This document shows positions 50,701 to 60,700 of a stretch of 64,000 bases of DNA, in pieces. Location: assembly GCA_000934665.2 (NCBI GenBank), contig KZ538252.1, forward strand, positions 1 to 64,000. The letters are read 5' to 3'. Source of the DNA: Catajapyx aquilonaris. Taxonomy: Eukaryota. Position 1 is the stretch's first letter, and each line of letters opens with the position of its first letter. The position numbers and the translations under genes are program-made. A model generated the notes under the pieces. It searched no databases. It was not told the DNA's origin and saw only the letters and a list, made by a program, of their open reading frames with translations.

Positions 50701-52956
50701 TGTGTCTGTCCGCGGTGACTTCCCCTCCAGCGTTGTCCTGAATGTCCACACTGTCCCGTTCGGTCTAGCTTAGGCGATCTGATCGCCTACGCCAAGAACA
50801 AGCGCAACAAGACCTTCATCTGCAAGCCGGACATGGGCTGCCAGGGCAGGGGAATCTTTTTGATGAAGAACCTGAAGGACGTCAAGCCAGGAGAGAAACT
50901 CATCTGTCAGCTCTACATTGCCAAGGTATCATCTCGTAGTGACCTCGCTCTTTTAGAGTTGTGACACTAACTGGTTTTGACACTTGCAGCCATTCCTGAT
51001 CGACGGTTTCAAGTTCGACCTGCGTGTCTACATTCTGATGACCTGCTGTGACCCTCTGAGAATATATGTCTACAAGGAGGGATTGGCCAGGTATGACCCT
51101 TTGAGACACTAGAGGACAGTGTATGATTCGACACTCTTGTTTTCAAAGATAGGTCTACCGCTGCAGGAAAGATGGGTAAACTCATCGACAGATTATAACT
51201 ACTCTCTTGTTATCCACACGATATGACTGTACCTAGCTCTATTGCATGTTGTGCACAAGTGACACATTTTCTTGAGATTCGTAGATGCCACTATCAGTAC
51301 CATACTTCAAAGGTGCTGCACCTCTTCACCACTCCTACACTTGACACAGATACTCTCAGAGTTTCGACTTAACAGCGACGTGCAGTGTATATAATCACAG
51401 TGTGTTGCAGGTTTTCGACTGTGCCATACCAGGAACCCACCATGGAGAACCTGAACAACCAGTACATGCATCTGACCAACTACGCTGTCAACAAGCACAA
51501 TGATGGCTTCCTTGCAGGAGACGATGTTGGCAGCAAAAGGTTGGTTCCCTTGCATGGTGGGTCATACCGGGTACTGACCATTGTTCTCACAGACGCATCA
51601 CCAGTGTCAACCGTTGGCTCCGTAACCGCAACTACAATGTTGGTGAGCTGTGGGGCCGCATCGACGACATGGTGGTGAAGACTGTCCTGTCGGCACACCC
51701 TGCCATCAAGCACAACTACAGGTCGTGCTTCCCACACCAGGAAGGACTCAGCGCCTGCTTCGAGGTACTTGGCTTCGACATCCTGTTGGACCAAGGGCTG
51801 AGACCGTACCTCCTGGAGGTCAACCACTCCCCGAGCTTCCACACGGAGCAGATGGTGGACAAGCATGTCAAAGAGGCTCTCTTGTCTGATACCTTCGCAA
51901 TGCTCAACCTGGGGAGGTATGACAGAAGGCGGGTGATGGAGGAGGACAGAAGGAGGGCCCAGGAGAGACTCCTCCAGAAGACAAAGGAACAGGGGAAGAC
52001 CACAGAGGATGAGCACATCAAGAGGACGGAACAGGCACAGGCAAAGTTCGAGGAGAACAACTGCGGTGGGTTCCGTCTGGTGTACCCCTGTGCTGATGAG
52101 AGCAAGTACAAGAGATACTTCGACCAGGGGTTTGGGTCGCTGTACCAGGAGACAGCCGCATCAAGGGCCAGGGAGGAGTGCACCAGGCAGCAGCAGGAGG
52201 AGTTCCAGTCGAAGGTCAAGGAGGAGTTGCTCAAGAGGCCCAGGCAGCTCCTTGGTCAAATGGGACAGATGTATGGTGGGAAGAAGGACCAGCCGCCTGA
52301 GTCACCCGAACACTGCAGCAGGGCTCCCAGCAGAGGAGCCACCTGTTCCAGCACCAGCACCAGCATCACCAGCAAGCCACCACGAGCACCTAACCGACAG
52401 AAGGTCAGAAAGGTATGTATGTGATCAGTGCCAATGGGGTGATATGCTCGTGTCATACAATCCCCTCACCCTGCAGCACGCCAACAAGTACAACTGGAGC
52501 ACCCCTAGCAGATACCTGAACCAAAAGCGCAGCAGTAGCAAGCTAGTGCCCCCTTCCCTGTGCTCGTTTGAACCCATACCCATCCGTGATGCCGAGGAGG
52601 AGGAGAGGATCCGCAGCCTCTCCTACCGGGAGCTCCTCATCCGCAAGAACGGGGTGGATGTCCAGCTGCACCAGGACCTCTCCAAGATGAAGCTGGCTGC
52701 AGAGATCAAGAAGCACACAAGAAGCCAGCAGATCGCCTTCCCAGGAGACAACCCCAGCATCCCCAACAAGAACCATGTAGGCACCCAACCAGTCACCACC
52801 GCGAAGAATCTTAGGTCGCCCCTAGACTTATCCAAATGGTGTTCTGCCAAAAGTGTTACAATGTGCAGCAGACCTCACCCGCCGCGGAGGCCAAAGTGGG
52901 CGCAGAATGGGAGGGGGAATATATCAGGCCAGCCGCACAACAACACTGACAGCTAG
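47719..52956 (+). CDS. TTLL6: Tubulin polyglutamylase, TTLL6/TTLL13 family; multi-exon (3' end approximate)
   Basis: NCKYEVV..WNLCWTD.SVSIERV..FQ|KINHFPGMLEICRKDLLARNL, ICKPDMGCQGRGIF, PFLIDGFKFDLRVY, EGLARF, MHLTNYAVNK and CFEVLGFDILLD..PYLLEVNHSPSF. Confidence 0.92.
48273..48777. mobile_element. Kolobok-like non-autonomous transposon with TTAA TSD
   Basis: TTAA|AGGGACACTCCACTCAAAATACAAGTTG ... CAACTTGTATTTTGAGTGGAGTGTCCCT|TTAA (perfect 28-bp TIR). Confidence 0.88.
48782..49320. repeat. About three tandem palindromic MITE-like units (CCTGAAGCTCAAAATAGCCTCCAAGA..TCTTGGAGGCTATTTTGAGCTTCA)
   Basis: Units at ~48782-49000, ~49001-49156 and ~49157-49320. A related end is at ~23055. Confidence 0.75.
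50350..50650. repeat. 35-bp minisatellite (CTGATCACACTTTAGTCCTCACAGTTCAGGGAAGT)n in a TTLL intron
   Basis: About 4 near-exact units plus several degenerate ones. Confidence 0.9.
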
Positions 52957-54711
52957 CAGACACCAGACATTGCACTGTAGTTCTTTAGACAAACGACAAA
53001 AATCCTGGTATCCTACATTGTGTGAAGAACGTGCAAAAAAATATTTGGAATGAAAAATTGTCCATGCATTATCACTTGAGAGCATGACGGTCAATATACT
53101 GATAGTGTCCCGCAAATGTTTTAGGTAGATATGGTAAAAAGTACTGTCGAGGCTAACATTACATAAAGAGTGGCTCTACAACTTTACAAGCTGTAGGAGC
53201 TGTTCATGATGTGGCCTCGGAAGTACTGTAATGAAGGTGCCCAATCCACAGACAGCCGACTAATTTATACGAACAATCCCTCATTAATTTTTCTCATATC
53301 ACAAATATCGCAACATTTTCATCCAATAAAACTTTCCCACGGATCTCAAATTAAGAGGAAGAAACCACCCCGGCCACATTCAGCAACCACCAGTGCAAAG
53401 CAAGTGAGCACTTTTTCATATAAATTATGACGGCTTCTGCAAATTGGGCACCTCGCAGTTAACACCATTTTCTCTTGCCTTCTTTTACATCCTCCTCCCT
53501 CTCCCGCCCTCCCTCCAACACCCTCCCGTCCTCTTCAGAACAAAAACAAGACTTCAAACGAACGGACTTCGCTGCTCATGGGTGCATGCGACCCAAACTA
53601 CGCGTACCATAGTAGTCAGAATCAACTTAGGCCAATAAGCCCTACGCCACATATGCCGGATCAATTGAGAACAATACCCGGTAAGCAATCAATTGATATT
53701 TAACACTTAGAAAAAGTCAACTGCAGATTGCATCTCTTTTCAGCCGACCCTGCACTGTCTGTCCTCTACGGCCAATCTTTGTCCATTACTTCGACCAGGC
53801 AACATCATACTTCAAGAAAGTCCATCTACAACCTGGGCACCACAACTACTTCAAAATCCATAGACGGATTCTACAGGGAAACCTAAAAATTATTGTTACA
53901 TATTTGTAATTTTATACATCACACTGTGTAGACACGGCTGTAAGGGAAATGTTGTTAGTGGCAAACGGGTGTGTGCTGGGAAGAGGCACAATGGAATACA
54001 GATTTTTAAACTAGCAGTAGTTTTTTTTATTGTATTCTATTGCACATCCACCTCATTAGCGGGTGAAACAAATCATTCATCACTTAACATACAGGATTAA
54101 TCACAATAATATGGATATAAAACAAATGCTATTTGTCACTCGGGTGTATCATATGCAACAGCATGAGAGGGTGGAGCGTGTAAATTGCATAACGCTGCTT
54201 GTGGGTGATGCGGCAATGACTTCCCGCCAGGCGATTCTATTCTCCATTGCAGGGGACAATGCGATTGGATACAACAAAGTTTGTTTGTCTGTTTGTCCAT
54301 GGCAAGAAGATGCACCACAACATTTGGCGCCTTACAATCGAGAATAGAATTGCCTAGCAGAGGCCACAGTTCTGCTATGCACTCGGCCAGTACTCATTTA
54401 AGAAAAATTTGTATTTCCTTTTATTTGCCCATTTGCAATTTTCTCACACCAAATGTTCGACTGTAAATTCCTTAAAAATTTAATACAAAAATTAGAAGGT
54501 AGGTAAAACTAAAAGTAGATATATTACAATAGCTGCCCACATCTAAGCACTAAAATCTCCCCCAGACATTTACTACTTTGATTCGAATGTGAATACTGAT
54601 GATTATTATGAGACGTTAATCACCAACAGCGTTATGTAATTTATCTACAGATAATAAAGATTGAATGGGTTAGTTCCTATGCCTAAAAACACTTTAAAGA
54701 TCGAATGAGAT

Positions 54712-55920
54712 TCATGGCTTGAACTTGACCAAGGGAATGTTTTTGGCTTGAAGGCACTTGTCACATACCCACTCTGCATACACCTCGGCTGTTAAGAGGT
54801 GATAAGCTGCCTCGGTAAGACCAGTGCAAACCCTAGAATGGAAAGTAGGATTAGACACTGAGCGCTGAGTGTACAGGGCGATGGGTACCTATGAAACCAG
54901 AAGTTGCATCCAGACTCGCAGAGGATGGCCTGGTCGTTGTCATGCACCTCCTTGTGGCAGATCCCACAAGGGTAGATTGGCGGTGCGTTTGGATTCTGCG
55001 GGTTGAACACCATGGGCTGGTCCGGTGGGTAGATCTTCCCGGTGGAGACTGGCATTGGCTTGGGGCCACCCCCTCCGCCCATGGGTCCTCCGCCCATCGG
55101 CCCACCACCCATCGGACCGCCACCCATGGGTCCTCCCCCCATAGGCCCACCCATGCCCCCTCCCATGGGGCCGCCCATCCCCATCCCGCCCATGGGCCCA
55201 CCCTGGAAGGGATGGTGGTGGTGGTGCCCTCCGCCCATGGCCATGCTCACTGGGGGCATCCCATTCATGTTCCCCATTCCGCCTCCACCTCCTCCTCCGC
55301 CGCCTCCGCCTCCACCGGCCATGCTGTTCAGGCTGTTCATTGCATCCATCATCGGTCCCAGTCCTCCGAGATGGTTCATGTTGCTTACGGGACACATCAC
55401 ACTGGCCCTGGGTCCACCGCCACCCATGGGGCCGCCCATGCCCATGCCCATCGGCGGGGGCGGCGGGTGGTGCGGAGGGGTGTCGTCAAACGGGTTGGAT
55501 GCAACAATCGTGTCGCCATACCCTGAAATGCAATGTAATTAGTCTGTGTCGCTACAGACATACGGACAAGTGTTACCTGACAGCGGTGGAGGCACCAGGT
55601 CGGGCAGTGACGGAGATGCCTGTGCCGCGTTGTTAGAGGCTGCGTTTGACGTCCTCCTCTTCTTCTTGGCGTTCCCCCCTGGGCTCTCTGGAGGGCCGCC
55701 CCCTCCCGCCCCGGGGCCTGCCCCACCTCCGCCCCCTCCTCCCCCCGCCCCACCCCCAGGGGACTTGAACTCCCCCGCCACCGCCGACGAGGGGATTCTC
55801 TTCCTTGCAATCGCACCAGTGGAATGGCAGGCCGCGGAAGGAAACTGTGGCCGCTGTCTAAGGAGCAGGGGCCGGACCAAGGGCGGAACAAGACCGGGGG
55901 CCAAACTGTGGGGCTGTTCC
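54712..55920 (-). CDS. PYGO: Pygopus (Wnt/beta-catenin co-activator); 5' start uncertain (possible lone ATG exon at 56081)
   Basis: NLS KKKRRTS, NHD DLVPPP..DTIVASNPFDD, and PHD finger PCGICHKEVHDNDQAILCESGCNFWFHR|VCTGLTEAAYHLLTAEVYAEWVCDKC..IPLVKFKP*. Confidence 0.93.
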
Positions 55921-56254
55921 TGCACAGGGAGTTGGGGAGGGGGGGGGGCTCAATTGGAGGGGGGCCTACTCCCTGTGGTTGGGAATTGCGAGCGCTGATT
56001 GGCTGTCGGGAGAAATCCCCGTCGTCTGATTGGTCCGATTGGCCAGAGAGGATGGTATCGACACTGGTTGCTACCGACCATCGTTTTACGTTTTTAATGA
56101 AACTCTTCTAAAATCACTTGTCAAGTCATAAAATTAGAGGGAAAAATTAGGGAAAAAAATTAGTCTGGTGAGTATGCCTGGTATTGTATGGTTTTAAAGG
56201 TCGTCATTGTGGGTATGTTGCAGGTACTGCCAAATTACAGTTGGGGGCAGCGGG

Positions 56255-57142
56255 ATGGGCAACGCTAACATTAAGCAGCATATGGAGACGGCTACCAAGA
56301 CAGGGGCCTTCCAGTTGCAGAGGAGCAAGCTCAAGGAGGTACCGTTACACTGACTACCAAACTGTACATGCGTAACATATGAACTGTCCGTAGTTTCCGC
56401 CCGAGTTGCTGCGGGTTGCGAAGAACATACGCACACTGGACCTGTCCGATAACCGCATCGGAAACATTCCTAGTTTCATCCAGGAGTTTGCGATATTGAA
56501 GAATCTTAATATGAGCCTCAACCATATTGGTATGTTCCTGTTCCTGTTTAGGCACTGGCCGTGGCGTCTGTATTAATTAAAACCTTGCAGATATTCTGCC
56601 GGATGAGCTGACCACCCTGGCGAAACTGGAGAGCTTGAATCTGCATGGGAACCGCCTGACCCGCCTCCCGCTGAATGTAAGTGGTCTGACCCACTTGAAG
56701 CAGGTGGACCTGTCCGGCAACCGCCTCAAGGAGTTCCCGACGGCCCTCTGCTCCCTCTCCCGTCTGGACTCACTGGATCTCTCCGGAAACGTCATCACCG
56801 CCATCCCAGCCACAATCAGCAGCCTGAACGTAATCGAGCTGAACCTGAACCAAAACCAGATAGTCTCCCTTCCGCAAGAGCTGGCCGACTGCCCACGACT
56901 CAAAACGCTGCGGTTGCAAGAGAACTGCTTGAATCTGGCGGCCATACCAGACCGGCTACTGACGGACTCGCAGGTTTCATTGATTGCTCTGGAAGGGAAT
57001 TTGTTCGACAGCAAGGCGCTGATGGAGCTACCCGGATATGAAAAGGTGCAGGTTATGCCCGCATTATTTATTACGTTCGTTCATGACGCCTACGTTTCAG
57101 TACATGGAGCGGTACACGGCCGTCAAGAAGAAGATGTTCTGA
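56255..57142 (+). CDS. LRRC57: Leucine-rich repeat-containing protein 57; exons 56255-56338, 56394-56529, 56591-57045, 57101-57142
   Basis: MGNANIKQHMETATKTG N-terminus, LRRs, CPRLKTLRLQENCL, DSQVSLIALEGNLF and C-terminal YMERYTAVKKKMF*. Confidence 0.93.
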
Positions 57143-57260
57143 GCACCCAACCCATCCGCAGCCGCCCGCTACTGTCCGCCATTTCATATGAAATTCCAAG
57201 CTTACATGTATATATTTCTGAATGTACACAAAATTGCACAAATATAATATATAATATAAA

Positions 57261-57530
57261 CCGAAGCAGGTTGGTGTAGGCCCTGTAGGGGATAAGGAGC
57301 CGGCCTGCTAATCAGGAGGTCCTGGGTTCGAATCCCAGGGCCGGCGACCCTGACCATGGTTTTCTGTGGTTTTCCATGGCCCCCCCTGGACAATTCCGGG
57401 GTCGTTTCCGTAAAAATAGGCCACAGCCGCTTCCTTCCCTATCCCTGGTCCCATCAAATGGTGGTATTCCACCCCCCTAAGCGAGCCAAAGGCTCTAGCA
57501 AGGGGTATGATAAATTTAAAAAATAAATAT
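57261..57530 (+). mobile_element. tRNA-derived SINE
   Basis: tRNA-like head with B box GGTTCGAATCCC, body shared with 13310-13540, 3' hairpin and A-rich tail. Confidence 0.85.
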
Positions 57531-57757
57531 ATAATATATTGTAAAAAGTCATACCATTTGTTGCATGTTGAAAAGTGCGCCTGTCGTTTGTCAACTGTTG
57601 ATTTTAGTTTCCCCGGCAGATGGGGACACATGGCGGCGTCGACAGTGCTGCCATCTGCCGGCTGGTCCCGTCCGCTGTTCGGTTCATTGTCTTTGGATCG
57701 TTCTGTTGGTTCCCTTGCCTTCCTTCCTTCCACTGTTGAGAATCCCCCCCCACAACA

Positions 57758-60700
57758 ATGGCCCAGGCTGTGGCCTCCAAGTTCTCGGTCCTTCGGGTGG
57801 AGGACGAGGACGGCGCCGAGTGGAAGACGACCGGAGGTGGGTCTGGAGGAGGGAGGAACAAGGGCAGCAATGGGCACCACCACAACAACCACCAGCAGCA
57901 GGTGCAGGATGCCCCGCCACCCAAGCCCCTTCCTCCGGGTCTGGCTGGGCCCAACAGCCACCCCCACCAGAACAACAGCAACAATGTGCAGAAGCAGCAG
58001 AAGAAGCTGGAGAAGAAGGACAGGAGCCAGAAGAAGAAGGAGGCCAAGATGGAGATCGAGCAGGTCCTGCGGAGATGACATTTTTTTTGAAGTGGAAGGC
58101 TGATGGTGCGGGGTTTGTTACAGCTCAAGTCGCTTGCGTTTGGAGCACCCAAGAAGGCCAAGGGCAAAGGTGGGGCTGGCGGGAAGCAGCTTGGGGGTGA
58201 CCAGTGGCAGGAGTGGAAGAAGAGGGACTTGGAGGTGCACAATTTTGACCTTTCATTGTTAAGCGATGGTGGTAAATGTGAAATTAATTGCTAATGGTTA
58301 ACCCTTTGTATCTCGCGGCCAGTATGATCATACCATCAAACAGAATTTTTTAAAATTCGACGGAAACTTCTTTCACCATGGCCATAAAGGCCGGTATCGA
58401 CATGCGAGTTCCTCTTACGCGAGAAATCTTGTACATCGAGACGGACTCTTTGTTGCCTCAGGGCCCCTCTTGTCCCTCGAAAAGGGGATTAAAGTTGAAA
58501 ATTTGCAACTTTTCCTCGTTCCTCGTATCCGGGCTTGCACAGTCGGCTCCTCGTATGCGAGAAAACTTGTACGTGGATACCGGCCTTAAGCTGGGTATCC
58601 ACGCCAGAGTTTTCTCTTATCACAGAAGCAAACTGCGCATCAGAGGAAAGAGAAAATGTAGACAATTTTCAACTTTAATCCCCTTTCTGATGGGCCAGAT
58701 GGGCCCTGAGGCGACATAGAGTCCGTCTCGACAGACAAGTTTCTCATGCAAGAGGACTCATGGATACCCAACCTTAGGAAATGTTCATAGCAAGAGGGTA
58801 GTCACTTTGGAGAGCTGGTGTACACCGTCACTGGTGAGCCTCGGTGAGCCGGGGCAAAACGCGCCTTTGTACCTCATCATTCCTCGTCATGTAGCGTAGT
58901 TTGCCTTCGGCAGCCATGCTCACCAACATGCTCATCAGTGAGTATACACCGGCTCACCCATGGTCTTACTGGCTCACCGATGCCGCAGAGAGCCATGGAA
59001 AGCTGCAATGCGACAGAGCCAGTGTGCACTTTTTTGAGGAGTGACTATACCCCCTTGGTTTATAGTTTCTATGTTCATGAGTATTTACGCCACTCGCGTG
59101 ATATTTTTAATGGCATATCACAAGCCAAATGTCTCATAGTGAACACTTACTGCATGAATTTAAATATACATAGCTCCCTGCCGCATATTTCCCAGTAAGT
59201 AGACGTGCAACTGACAACCATTAAAAGATTCCTGAAATTCTGCGACTTACTTTTTGCCCGGGGGGGGGAGAGACGAAATAAGAATGATCTGTCGAGGGTA
59301 GGCAAACTCCCTCGGCGCCATTGCAGCAATGTCAGCTCCTGGACGGACTGCTCCGAGCTCTAGGCAGTGGCCACTTGCCACCTGAGCCGCCTCTTTTGCA
59401 CCTGGTGGACTGTTAAAATTTTAAAAACTGACACTTAATATTTTCATAATTATTCATCAGAGGGACGGAGGGCAATCATATAGGATTATCTTGGATTTTT
59501 TGGGGGGGGTGGAAGCTGCCTAAAAGAACCCTGCATAGATGCTGCTGATGATGTCACTGTCTCGTGTATAGCATATGAGGCAGTATATATGGCTCTCTCA
59601 AGATGCAACTCGGGTTTCTAGGTCTCGGATGCTTCAGGCCCCTCTTGTGCATGAATCGAGAGCGAAATCAATGACCAGTGATTTTCACCTGGGGCGCTAT
59701 TTTTAAACCCAAACCCAAAGAGTGCATAATTGAGCAGGAGACTAACGGTTAATGATTGTGGACAAATACCCACCCAAGAAAACTGGCAGCCAGAATTGCT
59801 GCAGAGAAGAAAAATCCTAAATTTTGGGCATTTATACTGGAAAAAGTGTTCTGGCTTTTCCCTGAATCAGCAGCGTGAAAGCCATGAGTGTGCCAAGTTT
59901 CAGTACTCTCAGTAGTCTGGGAGTGGGTTAGGTAGCCATGAGATGCATACATACCAACGAACTTTCTCTTTTATACAGGGTGTTCTAAATTCGTGGGTAG
60001 TTTTTTAAATAACTACTATTGGGCAATATCCTCACGACCCGCGAATTTGGAACACCTGGTATATGTAAGATTGGACGACACGTTGCGATGTCACATTTCT
60101 CCACGCAGTTTGTGACGGAGGCGTATGAGCAGGATATGCAGCAAGCGATGCTGTTGTCCAAGCTGGACTACGAGGAGAAGAAGGACTTCTACGACGAGAT
60201 GAAGAAGGACAGGGTCAACTTGGCAGCAAACGATGGTTCCAAGGGGAAGGAGAAGGCGGGGAAGAAGAAGGAGAAGAAGGAGAAGAAGGGGAAGAACCAG
60301 CCCATGTCCTTGGAGCAGTTCAACAACTTGCAGCCATCACAAGTGGGTCATGTTGGCAAAATAGGCATACAGTAACCAAACGCTCTTTACCGTGCCAAAA
60401 TCCCGGAATTAAGTTACCGTGTGCTTCTCTATTCAACAGAAGTCTCAGCTCGCAATCGGTACCCGTGATCTGGACATCAATTAATGCAATCCCAATCCAT
60501 AAGGGAGGTGACCCTGAGGTGGCATCAAATTATCGCCCGATCTCCTTGCTAAACAACATACTAAAATATTTTACGTCGATCCTTGCTTTTCGACTTCGCA
60601 GATGGTGCGCGGCACACGATGTGATTCCGAAATCGCAGGCGGCATTTCGAGCAGGCATGGGGTGTCTTGACCACGTTTTTACTTTGCATGTTTTGACGCA

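Noticed and set aside
54851..56111. Many overlapping Pro/Gly/His-rich ORFs
   Set aside because: Alternative frames and antisense shadows of the low-complexity pygopus coding region.
4199..56255. SL trans-splicing or operons, suggested by AG acceptors just before several ATGs (misato, caspase, DCP2, LRRC57)
   Set aside because: Plausible cis donors lie ~60-90 bp upstream in misato, DCP2 and LRRC57 (e.g. GTGAGT at ~56169), so ordinary 5'UTR introns suffice.
57275..57345. tRNA gene (possible GCT anticodon)
   Set aside because: The anticodon and D stems pair poorly, and the sequence continues into a body shared with the copy at 13310-13540, so it is a SINE head.
57308..58242. Long antisense and alternative-frame ORFs (257, 212, 211 and 198 aa)
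   Set aside because: Shadows of GKAP1 exon 1 and the SINE.
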